A DNA stretch of 64,000 bases from Eledone cirrhosa (taxonomy: Eukaryota). Where the stretch lies: assembly GCA_964016885.1 (NCBI GenBank), contig OZ024743.1, positions 87,296,001-87,360,000 on the forward strand. The letters run 5' to 3'. Every line of letters starts with the position of its first letter. Position 1 is the first letter of the stretch. Under the pieces are notes generated by a model. It saw nothing but the letters and a program-made list of their open reading frames with translations, was not told the DNA's origin and ran no database searches. A program made the translations under genes and the position numbers. Positions 24,638 through 37,472 of this stretch are shown in pieces.

Positions 24638-25669
24638 AGTAAAATGGTGGAAAGAAAAACAAAAACATATAGACTGAATTACACGTTTCAACTAGGGATT
24701 CTGGTATTTCCTTCTATTATTATTATTATTATTATTACTATTCTTTTAGCAATCCATGACGTTCACGACATTGCTGTAGGTGATAGCGATGTTAAGGGCC
24801 GGAATAGCTATGCGCTCCTGTGAGGATCACCAGGTACTTCAGTAAGGCAAACCGTCAGTAATTCAATAATAGTAAAAACCTCATTTTCAACACCCCAGCT
24901 TCTCCAAACGTTTGAATGCCACAGGATGGAGAAAAATAATTTGCCGATAATCCATGGTATTTCAGAATTTTATTTCATTCAGCTACAGATGCAGTGACCC
25001 TCACTCTCACCACAGCATCCAGAATGCGAGCGGAGTGGAATAATTGCCAATAATAACGTCTCATACCTCAAGTCCAAAGACAAATAGTTAAACAGTCGGA
25101 CCTCTTCACATCGACCCTGGATAATCAGGCTGGTATCATAATTAAGGGATATACACTCTTGTTAAGGCCCACTTTATATTCAGGTTCAACTAGATGTGGC
25201 GAGCGAAGCAACCTGAATTTAGACGACATAACAATCCATGAAGATCTGTGAAATCAAGAGGCTTGGCACAATATTTTAATCCCTTACAAACACTCATGCT
25301 GACCACAGGCAAAGCATCAACTCCCCTGAGAATTTGGCACTTGGTGAAAGTAGGTGACACCTTAAGTATTGATTGAATTGATCGAAAAGAGACGGTTGAA
25401 AGTGTTTCTCGAGCGTATGTTGTTCTATATACTCTGCTTCAATCTATCCTCTTCTGCACCAGGAACTGACAAACTTAGCTTCTTACACCGTAAGTAGAGC
25501 TTCATTCACTTCTCTGTTGGAGCTAGTTCATGTTGGAAAGGAGAGGATGTGGCTCACCAGAGCGGGGGGGGGGGGTCTGAATGGAAGAAAGATAGCAGTG
25601 TTGGGACAGGGACGAGCATTTACGTAGACCTAGGCCCCTGAATTGTTTGGGCAACACATCGTTTGGTTC

Positions 25670-25862
25670 TTGATTTAGGCACAACAATTTTAGGGGGAAG
25701 TCTATTAAATCGACTCCAGTACATTACTGGTGCTTTATTTCATCGACTCCGTAAGGATGGAAGGCAAAGTTAACTCCGGCGGAATTTGAACTCAGAACGT
25801 AATGGGCCATAAACGCTATGCCACAAAGCATGTTGTCCAACGCTCTACCGATACTACCAATC
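25670..25862 (-). mobile_element. SINE family A copy
   Basis: Family body plus GGAATTTGAACTCAG; further copies near 26350-26545, 27740-27820, 39750-39965, 46960-47250, 48190-48550, 50170-50270, 62600-62810 and 63630-63680. Confidence 0.75.
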
Positions 25863-28196
25863 CACCCAAAATAATACCATTAAACTGATGACGCGCACTC
25901 ATAATTCCCGTTAAACCAACCACCGACTCGCTTCCCTATATTCCGTAAACTAACCACAGAGCCGCACCAACCATCGGTATGAGAAAGACAGACGTTATCA
26001 AGCTTGGCTCGCAACTCTTAGTAATCTAGTCACGGATCGTCAAGTACACACATTCCAATGACTATATAAGACCCAATTGGTCCCGCGCCTCCTATGGCTG
26101 GTCCTGGCAATACAGCAAGGTCACAGGACTCCGGAGAATGCCTGACGTTTAAGTAAGTTAGTCTGAAAATGTGACAAATACCATAACATTTTTATTATGT
26201 CTTTTTTTCTATACGTTCCTTGGATTTCCGTATTTTGAACACCAGAAATTCTGAATTTTGAAAATAGAATTTATTTTTATAGTTCTCGTATTATCGACAA
26301 GGATTTCTAATTTAAACACAAGGCGAATATTTTTTCTGGTGTTCTACTGATACTACCAATCTACCACCCTTGTTTGGGAGGAAGCAGAAAAGCGATTTCA
26401 TCAACAACAGTACGTGACTGGTATTTTATATTACCGACTCCGGAATGATAGACAAAGCTTGGAACTTATAATGTAAAGAGCTGTAACTAAATACTCCCAA
26501 AGTATTTTGTCCAACGCCTTAACGATTCTGTCAATCCACTGCCATTAGTTGTCTCAATAATAATTCTTTTATAGCCCCGAGGAAATAGGGGGTTATAAAA
26601 TGATTTGAGGGGACAATCTGAAATAATAGAGGTAAGATGAAATTACATTCAAACTACCCTCTGGAGGGTAATTAGAAATTGACAATTTACCGGAAGATAA
26701 GGTGACGCAGAGGTAATCTTGAACCGCCATGCCAGTCTTACTGAAATCGCAGAAACTAGGATGTAGTGCGCTGATGTACATGGTGGAAATACGTACTGGT
26801 CTGTGGACGTGTGTCAAAATCGATTGAAGGTAGGTATTTAGATTGTTTCAAGTTACATGGAAATACGTATATTTAACATGTATAAATTTATATGTATATT
26901 TAAGCACTCTCGGTTACCTCTATTTCGTATATTTAACGTTATCATACATACATGCACAATAAATGCACCCTATACATTCAGTAAAGCGGTTGGTGAAAGG
27001 AAGAGCATCTAGCTGTAGAAAACCTAGTCGGATGGACTCTTCAATTGTGCCAAATACATGACAACCTGCCCAGTGCTGGGGCTACAATAAAATGCTTTTG
27101 GCAGTGTGCGGGATCGTATGTAAGCGAGATGCGGGGCCCAGTCCGTTGGAGAAATCAATAGCTCCACCTGAGTCCTAACCAGTGTGGGACGAAACGTCCA
27201 TTCTTTGCTAGCAGGGAAAACGGGCGTTAAATGAGAGATTGATTGGTTGGGAGTTATCAATTTAGACTAGTTCAGCTAATGACCTCAATACTTGGGAAAG
27301 TAGAGTAGGTATTGTACATTAATTGTGCCCAACGGCTGAGCTCAGCCGCCGGGCACTAACCCTTTTATATATATACCTATCTACAAAACTGGACGTATTG
27401 TTGTCTACTGTCTCTTTGATAGCTGAGTGAAACAATTTAAATGTTATTTCAATACTGAACATAACGTTCCTATGAAAATATAGTAAAGTGATTAGAAGAA
27501 ATTTTTTGGGTGGAGTTTCTTTTTTTTACAATTACACCCGTCTCGCGTTGGGGGTGTAAAATATTTTTTCCTGCGGGTTTTAGTGCGTTTTTAACGAATC
27601 TGACCTTTAAAGTCGTCGGAAATTATTCGTTTTTTAAATAACAGGAGTGGGTGTAATTGTATAAATTTATCGTTATTTTTAATACCGGACGTAGCGTTAT
27701 CTAGAATTAAAAAAACAAAACAAAACATTATCTCTAAACATCCTTACGGGGTCGATAAAATAAAGTACCAGTAAGACACTGGGTAATTGCTGGCCTTGTG
27801 CCTAAAGTAGAAACAATTATCTCTAAACATGACGTCGCGTTACTCACTATCTCTTTGAAAGTAGAATGAAACGATTTAAAGAAACGTTATTCCAATAAAC
27901 AGGAGACATGCTAAAACAGAAGCTAAAGGGTGCTCACTCCCATTAGTCCGTGTTGTATAACTGGGTCTCGACAGCCTGACTAGGATGGCAACTCCGGACT
28001 TGAACACTCATTGCCTGTCAATGTAGAAGCGAAGACTAAGGGAGTCAATCCCCGACAATAAATCGGGTCGGAAGAAAACTCGGGCCCACTGATTCTATTA
28101 ATCACAGAGAGAGCATGAAAACAGAACGAATGGTTAGAAGAGTGTTATTTGTGTCTGAGCACCTCACCCAGGAGGATGGGATTTATTCATTCACGT

Positions 28197-28238
<42 letters not shown>

Positions 28239-28269
28239 GCGTGTGTGTGTATATATATATATATATATA

Positions 28270-29815
28270 TTTATTTATTAAAATAACAGATTAAAGTTTA
28301 AACAAAAAATCGCTGCTTTCATCCTTAACGGGATCTTCTGAAACTAAAAAAGTCAATCTGTGAACGCAGAAGTAAATATTTCAAAAAACGTTGCAACCGA
28401 AGGAAGACAGGAAGACGATACTTTGGTTCATGGAAACGTTCCCTGGCAAAGAACGGGAAAAAAAACGAAGATAATACGTCATTATTTGGTGCGGTGAACA
28501 CAATTACACGCAAAGCCAAAACCACGTTTATGGTATAAATGAAGTCGTAGACTAATATTCTATTAGGTGGTTCGTGGAGACGTTCTCTGGCAATGAACGG
28601 AAAAAACGAAGATAAACGTCATTATGTGGAGCAAAGAGAACAATTACACGCAAAGACAAAACCACGTTTATGGCATAACTGAAGTCGTAGACTAAAATTC
28701 TATTTAGGAAACCGAATGATTCTCGGCTTCAGAGTTAAGAATAAAGTAAATAAAATACAGAGGTAATTGAAATTAAATATATACATACACGCATCCATAT
28801 ACGTACATACACAAGCATACGCGAAAACACTCGCCATGGGTATGCAAATACAAGCACGTACACAAAAAAACAACAAAAAAAAAAACACGCACGCACAAAC
28901 AGGACCCACGCAACACCTGTACTCGCACACATACGAACGTATACACCAAATACACATAAAAATATATATAAAAACATATATACAAATGCATGTGTGTGTG
29001 TCTGTGTGTGTATACATAATTAAATAAACGTATATAAATATACACACATAAATACGTATATAACGCGTGTACACACACACACCTACATATAAGTACACAT
29101 ATGTTCGCGGACGTACGTCAACCAAAGCACAAAGTACACATATACACACACCCTCCATACGTACGAACCCGCATACTCCACAGGCGCAAAACTCACGTAT
29201 ACACATAACCAAATGCAATGTACCAGTATATATAATATATACGCCAATAACATATACAAGCAAATATACGCACGAGAAAGTATACGTACCTTCACAAAAC
29301 ATACAGGTAATATATACTTACCTATACGAATAAGTTATGGTATTAACATAACATATACTTAGCTACATCAAGACGTAAATTATCCGCGTATAGTTCGTAC
29401 TATCCGTTAGGGTATAATGTGGGGCTGCAATACAGGACAGTTTTGTGCAATTTATGTTTACAAGCTGAAATTGCCTCAGATTTTTTGTTTAAGATGTGGT
29501 CTTTGGCGAAGAGTATTTCCAGGGCCTCAACGGCGCAGAGGTCACATGGTCTTTTTTTCCGTTATACGATCCAGCCCTAGCTAGGATCTCCCAGTGTAAC
29601 TTATATTGGGTGTGGTTGTCTTTTAGACTCCAGATATAAGCTGAAAGTGATGTCATATTCCTCCTTAAAGGGTTAAGAAAAGAATAGGTATGCATGTAAA
29701 GACGCTGCTTGAATCTATTGGCGGTTAACTCTATATAGGCTCTACGGGACGTGGGTGTTTCAACCTTACATTTGTAGACAATGTTACTAGAGAGGCATTT
29801 CCCGGATAGGAAATA
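28270..29815 (-). mobile_element. Penelope-like element 3' fragment: GIY-YIG domain plus long low-complexity tail
   Basis: KCLSSNIVYKCKV..AYIELT..FKQRLYMH..SLSAYIWSLK, then CDLC and C-x-H in a shifted frame. Confidence 0.8.
28422..28708. repeat. Two diverged tandem copies of about 142 bp
   Basis: GGTTC..GGA.ACGTTC.CTGGCAA..AAAACCACGTTTATGG..GAAGTCGTAGACTAA occurs twice. Confidence 0.8.
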
Positions 29816-29817
29816 GC

Positions 29818-30390
29818 CAATTCCTTGTTTACGATGAACCCTATACCTCCGACCGATCTGGCACCCTCTGCTTTTCCGAGTCTCACTGCGCATCCATCTT
29901 GCAATCGCGAACTCGCCTCCTTCTTCTATTCTGGAGGGTCTCGCACAGCCCTAACACTGATCTTCTTCTCCTCCATTAGGTGGTCCAGTCCTTGCACCCC
30001 CCCCCCACCAAAGACCTGCAGTTGTAGGTGCATATGGCAAGGTTAGTCCTGTTCCTTGGTGGCCTTCGGGAACCTGTGATTCTTAGCAGGCTCTCGTCGC
30101 TCGGGTTGCACTCCGCCGCCGTGGAGTGGCCCGATTGACGCGCAGGGTACTGAGGCCCTTTTCTTCGTGCTGTTTTAACCATAAGATGACGCCATCCCAC
30201 TGGCTGGGTGGGCAGGCCGGTACCTCATCAGTTTAGCTAGCTTTTGAACTCTAGAAGATGATGAATCATCTCTAGGACCAATAGTCTGATCCCTGTATAG
30301 CATGGTAAAACCTGCCAGGACATTGAGTTCCGCTACCATAGCTATCAGACAGCCAGGGTCACCGCTGCGCCACTTTTGAGGCACTGAAGT
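29818..30390 (-). mobile_element. Inverted 5' part of an RTE LINE (5' UTR and APE N-terminus)
   Basis: Minus strand reads LAICTYNCRSL..LDHLMEEK..SVGGIGFIVNKEL. Confidence 0.8.
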
Positions 30391-32662
30391 AGGATTTTGG
30401 CGGAGGCGAGACTGCTCTACATCGGAAACAGCCTATTCAGGAAGAAGGAGAAGAGATGGACCTGGGTATCGCCAAATTCAGAGCACCGAAACGAGATTGA
30501 CTACATCTTGGTCGACAAGCGACGCATAGTGCAGGACGTCTCCGTCATAACGCAATTCAACACTGGCAGTGATCATCGTCTGGTGAGGGCGAAGGTCGTC
30601 ATCGACCGGACGAGGGAGAAGAAGGCGCTGCATTTGGCGTCGAAGGGAGAACGCGTCCGGGTCTTCAACGAGGCGCAGCTGAAGGAAGCTATCATGCAAG
30701 AAAACTGGCGTCAAAGAGACGGCATAGACGCTGACTACGACTCACTGATAAGGAAACTGAAGGAGTGCGTGAGGAAGGCTAATGGTGTGTGCCCGAGGGA
30801 GCGGAAGGGAAGAGTCTTGGAGGAAACTATGAAGTTGCTTGAGAAGAGGAAGAATATGAAGAGGACACCTGAAGATCACCTCGAATATTCCCTTCTCAGA
30901 CTTCGAGGCATACTGGATGGAGAAGCTCCTGAATGCCGCAAAGGGTAAGAAGGGCCTCAAGAAATGCGAGAGGGACATGACAATGTACAGATCGGAGGTG
31001 ACGACTCTGAAGAACACAGCTGGAGTACCGGTCAGGGACAAGAGTGAGGTGGAAAAGGTTTGCTAAGACTTCTACACCAAGCTCTTCAAGTCTGCCGGGA
31101 AGGTGCAGCCGTTGCCGTCACTCCAACAGGAAGAAAATGTGCCACCCATCCTTGTCGGTGAGGTCGAAAGAGCCGTCGGCTTGATGAAAAGCAGAAAGGC
31201 GCCAGGGAAAGACGGCATAACATCGGAGGTCTTGAAGTCGGGCGGAGAGCAGCTCTGGAAAATCCTCGCCGAGCGATTCACACACTATCTGGACGAGGGA
31301 AGAATACCCTCGCAGTGGAAAGAGTCGAATACCATACTGCTATACAAGAAGGGCGATAGAGAAGATCTGAAGAACTACCGACCCATATGCCTGCTGTCTC
31401 ACGTGTACAAGCTGTTCACGAAGATAATCCTGAACAGGTTATCACGTCATCTGGACGAACAGCAACCGAGAGAGCAAGCCGGCTTCCGGAAAAACTACAG
31501 CAGGATGGACCACATATTTACTCTAACACAACTGCTTGAGCGAGCAAAAGAGTACAAGATACTCTTTGCGTCGCGTTCGTAGACTACGAGAAGGCCTTCG
31601 ACAACATCGAAATCAACGCAGTGCTGAACTCGCTGCAGAGGCAAGGAGTCGAGGCGCAATACATTCAACTGCTCAGGGAGGCGAGTTCCGGATGCACCAC
31701 CGACATAGCTCTGCTGTCATCACCCGTACGAGTGCCGGTCGAGAAGGGAGTGAAGCAAGGAGATACGATCTCTCCAAAACTTTTCACCGCGTGTCTCGAG
31801 CAGATCATCAGAGGCATTGACTGGCAAGGCAGTGTCAACATCAACGGTGAAGATACTTACCCACCTCCGTTTCGCTGATGACATCGTACTCATCACTGAA
31901 ACCACGGATCAGCTTCAGACCATGCTGACGGAGCTCGACATCAAAAGCTCTGCAGTAGGCCTCAAGATGAACGGCATTAAAACGAAGTTCATGCGGTCCG
32001 ACAACGTACCAACAGGTCGAATGGTGGTTGGCGGTGATGAAATAGAGGAGGTGGAGGAATAAGTCTATCTATGACAAGAAGTGAACATGCGCCGAGACAT
32101 TGAGAGGGAGATCTCGCGGAGAGTAAGGGCCGGATGGAAGGCGTTCAACGGCATAAGGGATGTGCCCAAGGGGAGGTTGAACAAGACCACCCGCGCCAAC
32201 CTCTTCAATAGCACAGTTTTACCTGCAATGTTATATGGCAGTGAAACTTGGGCTACAACGAAGAGAGAAGAGCAGAGGCTGGTAACGGCCCAAAGAGCCA
32301 TGGAGAGATCAATGCTAGGAATCTCGTTGAGAGAGCACATCAGGAGCCAAGTCATCAGACAGAAGTCCGGCGTGAGGGACGTCATCACGGAATATATGCG
32401 CAGCAAGTTCAGATGGGTTGGACACGTCGCCCGGTTCACCGATAATCGGTGGACCCGCGCAGTTGCCGAGTGGTACCCGCGCGAGCGGAAACGACCACTC
32501 GGAAGGCCTCCACGAGGGTGGAGTTACGATTTTAGGAATACAATTTACAATTGGGACTACCTGGATGGGGAAAGCACGATCCAGATAGGAATGGACGGCG
32601 TGCTGTGACCAGCGGCGCCGAATGGACGGCCGACAGACTGGTCGATCAAGGTGATCAAGGTG

Positions 32663-32666
<4 letters not shown>
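30391..32666 (+). mobile_element. RTE LINE, 3' portion, frameshifted, no PHD finger
   Basis: RWTW..IDYIL..SDHRLV, KAPGKDG, NYRPICLL, GVKQGDTISP, FADD, FRWVGHVAR..PLGRP; tail (GATCAAGGT)2 then (AT)n. Confidence 0.92.
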
Positions 32667-32750
<84 letters not shown>

Positions 32751-32762
32751 TAAATTTCTTTA

Positions 32763-33195
32763 AGTCGTTTGGAAGCCTCGACAATGCAAATGGGTAAATC
32801 TCCGGGTAACAAGATCCGGTGGTAGAGAGAGAGATGTAAGTGGGTGTACGTTGAGATGCGTGGCGTGTATAAGACGAACAGCGGAGGACACGTTTCGCAC
32901 CTTTCCGACAGACAACCTTTCCCCCACCCCGGAAAAAACCCCCAGTTGATGGATGTGAATCCGAAATATATAGGGACAATTAAATCTCTCCCAAGGTAAC
33001 TCTCTCTCGTGTTGTTATTTTTATTACGCTCTTTCCTTCATTCCTCTACACGTCTTATACACGCCACGCATCTCAACGTACACCCACTTACATCTCTCTC
33101 CACCACCGGATCTTGTTACCCGGAGATTTACCCATTTGCATTGTCGAGGCTTCCAAACGACTTTACCTTATTATTCCACAATGCTTCAAACAAAC
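32763..33195. repeat. Fold-back element: 114-bp inverted arms (32763-32876 / 33051-33163) between (AT)n tracts
   Basis: AAGTCGTTTGGAAGCCTCG..GTATAAGACG versus its reverse complement; related copies at 7105-7195 and 11372-11490. Confidence 0.85.
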
Positions 33196-33197
33196 TT

Positions 33198-33285
<88 letters not shown>

Positions 33286-33840
33286 GTTAAACAAGGTTCA
33301 ATGAATACATCAAAGATGAGTTTTACAATAGATTGGAAGCACTCAACAGAAGAAAGTTTTCCAGAGTTATTAATATTAATACAAATACCTATTAACTTTT
33401 TAAACCTAAAATATAATTCTTTTCCCTGAAATAACATAAATTAAACATTTTGAAAATTAACCGCCAACTATATTATATAGAAATCTGTGTATAGAAACTT
33501 GAACATAAATTACTCCCCTTTGTCTCTCTCTCTCTTTAATCATCTTTCATCTGTCTTCTCAAGCCACATACTAAATATATTATCACATCAGCTGTTTCTT
33601 CCTCTATGCTTTCTTTTCCCTTCTCTTTCTCTAGTAGTTTTTAAAAATTTAAAATTTATAACTGTTATATTGATGCCATGTATTTCTTAAAATCTATTAC
33701 ATACACCCTCTCTATTGTTTGTATTACGTTATCTCATGTTCTCAATATTAGGGTATAAATATTGAGTTTGTCATAAGTTAATCACTACCTTGATTGAATC
33801 TTAACCATCTACCATGTCAGGGTATGTCATGTATCATTTT

Positions 33841-33905
33841 ATTTTATCTGATGAGGACGTACTGTTGAACTTAACTCAGTACCTCTGAAATATGTATAGT
33901 AAAAT
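33841..33905 (+). ncRNA. Minimal type I hammerhead ribozyme motif
   Basis: ATTTTAT-CTGATGA-stem II (GGA.GTACTG/CAGTAC.TCT)-GAAA-TATGTA-TA-GTAAAAT. Confidence 0.7.
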
Positions 33906-34110
33906 ATAATTGATCACAAGAATATCTATTTTGTTAATATTTTGAATTAATATAAATAACCCTGGAAAACTTTCCTTGGTTGAGTGCTTCCAATCTATTG
34001 TAAAACTCATTCTTTGATGTATTCATTGAACCTTGTTTAACTCTTAAATATATATAGCCCCCAGCAGGTTGAGCGCTTTTCTCTACAATAGATTGCATAT
34101 TTAACAAATT

Positions 34111-36551
34111 ATGGAATTCTTATCCTTCCCGACATCCCTCAAGGATATACCAATACCATCTAGTGAGGAATACACGAGGAAAATTATTGAACAAACAAAC
34201 TCTTTTATAAGAAGAGTGAGATGGCGAGCATTTCATTTCGATAATAAAGAAGCTAAAAGAAAAACCAACAGCAATCATTTCGAAACTTTATTTAAATCAA
34301 GAAAGAATCCTCCATACAACAAACTCCTGGAGGATTTTGAAACTGAAATGCTCGGTATACGTAAGAAAATTAAATTTAGGAAAAACCCATATATAGCTCA
34401 CCAATATCTTAGAACTTTAAAAGAAAAAATTACGGAAATAAAAAAAGTTAATAAGATATTGGTAAAATCGGACAAAACAAACAATTTATATGAGATAAAT
34501 AAAGATGAATATAATAACTTGATTTTAAAGGAACTAAGGAAAAATTATAAAAAAGCCCCGGCTGAAGATCTTACAGACATCAATAATGATGCATATAAAT
34601 TAATTTCTAAATTAGGAATTGAAGGAAGAACAGAGCCTCTTACACCTAGACAGCCGCGGATCAATTTTAAAGATCACGAAAGAAACTTCAAAGAAGACCT
34701 GCCAGTTAGACTGATTGCTCCATCCAAATCGGATATTGGAGTAATCAGTAAAAATACTATTGATAGAATTCTACCTACTTTGAAATTGAGGTCTAAATTG
34801 AGCTTGTGGAAGGATAAAAATGAAGTCATTGAATGGTATAAAAATATAGATGATAAGAAAAACCGTAAATTCATCCAGATGGACATAACAAGCTATTACT
34901 CTTCCATTACGCCTAACCTACTAAATAAGGCTTTATCATACGCTTACAAACATACTGATCTAACTACGGATGAAATTGATATAATATTAACTGCTAGAAG
35001 AACTCTAATTAACTTCAACAATGAGTATTGGATCTGCTCAGATAGAAATAGAAACTTCGACATTACCATGGGATCATCTGATTCAGCGCAAATCACAGAT
35101 CCTCTGGGGATTTTCATCTTAAATATGATAAATAGAAAACTGCCGGAGATTACCGGTGGTTTATATAGGGACGATATTTTATTTACGGTTGTTAAACACA
35201 ACAATATAGAAGTAAATAGGGTAAAGAAAAATATAATTGAATTCTTTAAAAATTACGACCTTAAACTAGAAGTAGAGAGTGGTACCAAAATAGTTAATTT
35301 CCTTGATGTTACCCTCAACTTAAACTCTGGTTTTTATTACCCTTTCCATAAGCCCAATGAAAACTTAAATTACGTTAGTTATTACTCTAATCACCCTAAA
35401 TCAGTGAAAAGAGCAATTGTAAATAGCGTACAAAAACGCATAAATAGGATATCTGCTAATAAATCAATATTTGATGAAAATGCAGGATATTACAATGATG
35501 CGCTGAAAAAGGCAGGTTATAAAAATAATATAGAATATATAGACAATAATAATCCGAGTTTTAATCCTGATAAAAATAGTTGTTTCTACTTTAGGCACAA
35601 GGCCAGCAATTACCCAGTGCATTACTGGTACTTTATTTTATCGACCCCGTAAGGATGAAAGGCAAAGTCAACCTCGGCGGGATTTGAACTCAGATCGTAA
35701 AGGGACGTAACTATGCTGGAAAGCATAGCGTCCGACCATCTACTGATACTGCCAATAATGGCATATATAAACGAAATTCTATAAATTCTAATAATTGTAA
35801 GTTAAACACCTGTACTGTGAATAAATCGAGGAAAAGAACCAGAACTAAATCAGTTATATGGTCCCCCCCCTCTGCTTCTGTAGCAGTAAGAACACCAATA
35901 GCTAATCTATTTTTTAAAGCTTTAGATAGTTCATTCCCTAGTCAACATAAATACCACGCCATATTTAATAGACACACAATTAAATTGTCTTATTCTACAA
36001 CTATGAATATGGCTCAAAGCATCGCTAAAATAAACAGTATAATTCTAAATCAAAATCAACATAATGATATTAATAATAGTGTTAATATAAATAATAATAA
36101 ATCAAAATGTAATTGTAGAAATAAACCAGATTGCCCTCTGCAAAATAATTGTCTGGATAGAAATCTGGTGTATAAATGCATTGTAAAAACAAATAACAAC
36201 ACATACAACTACATAGGAGCAACTTCTTCGACATTTAAATCGAGATTTGCGAATCACAAATGCTCATTTTCGAATTTTAATAGGAAGTCTTCGACTTCTT
36301 TATCACAGCTTATATGGTCATTAAAAGACAAAAATTTAAAATAGTCGATCTTTTGGACGAAGCTTTGTAATAGTGGAATTTATACAAACTCTTCAATATC
36401 AATTAACTGCAACCTCTGTACAAAGGAGACCCTATTAATAATTAATAATTATGAAAACTTAATTAACAAAAAAAGTGAATTATTCTCAAACTGCCTTCAT
36501 AAAGCCTTGTCTACATTCCAAGCCTCGCAAAAAGTCCGGAAGAAACAGTAA
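34111..36551 (+). pseudogene. PLE RT-GIY-YIG ORF interrupted by a SINE and one TAG (36342-36344)
   Basis: SLKDIPIP, KSDKT, MDITSYY, ITMGS, LYRDD, FLDV; CNC..CPL..C, LVY..YIG, CNLC, C-x-H. Confidence 0.9.
35575..35753 (-). mobile_element. SINE family A inserted into the PLE ORF
   Basis: Full family body; AATA on both sides; removing these 179 bp rejoins ORFs 34111 and 35817 in frame. Confidence 0.85.
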
Positions 36552-36850
36552 ACAATCAGGCCTCATTTTGGACGTCTCTTATCAACTGTTGAACATATAA
36601 GTCATAACGGTTTATAAAACTTTAATAATGCTTTATCTTCTAATCATTTATAATAGAATTAATGTCTGAATGAAGGACACTTGTTTGATAACTTGTTTAC
36701 TTGATAGATATACATACCCTATGATTTTTTGGATATTTATAACTTTGATTCAGATCTTTATTTATCTGTCTGTTTTAAATATATAGTTTGGATATTTAAC
36801 TTGTAAATTTACTGATTATAATTTGAACTGTGGATCATTCATGCGTTTGC

Positions 36851-36952
<102 letters not shown>

Positions 36953-37420
36953 CCACATTACCGATAATTTTTCGCTAATATAGAGGTTATCTACCTTGCT
37001 GGACACCATGTGCGTTCTAGTTAAAGGTAACTTCTTTATTCGTTGGACGTAACCCGTTGATAAAGTTTTTCCGGTCCATTCGTTCCCTAGAAGTCTTATA
37101 TATTTTTATGTGGGCTGATAGAGAACGGATTAAGGAATTGCAGAAACCCAAGAAGCTAGATTTACCACCTTTCTAGTGGGTCCGGGTAAGTTTTTTACAT
37201 TCATATAAATTATTGATTTATTGATATTTTATTTGAGTGACCCGAATCTTCCTGGTCGTTCTTTTTCGGCTGCATGGGTGATTTTAGGCATAATCTTTGT
37301 GTGTTGGTATTTTAACGATAGTTATAGCTCTGATTTATCTGAATTATTGAGCCCTCTGCCACTCATGTCGGATTTGTTTATCGTTAATTCGTGAGCTGAT
37401 TTTCCGATACTCGATTATTC

Positions 37421-37472
<52 letters not shown>

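Noticed and set aside
24740-26160. Possible coding or LINE remnant
   Set aside because: More GC-rich than its surroundings, but no ORF or motif I can recognise.
29489-29893. Single 134-aa ORF as a fusion protein
   Set aside because: Chance read-through from an out-of-frame RTE segment into a PLE GIY-YIG fragment.
30180-30390. Ribozyme in the inverted RTE 5' UTR (minus-strand CTGATGA)
   Set aside because: No matching GAAA or stems for a hammerhead, and no convincing HDV fold.
36342-36344. Selenocysteine recoding in the PLE ORF
   Set aside because: The stop is TAG at a probable Tyr position, not TGA at a Cys.
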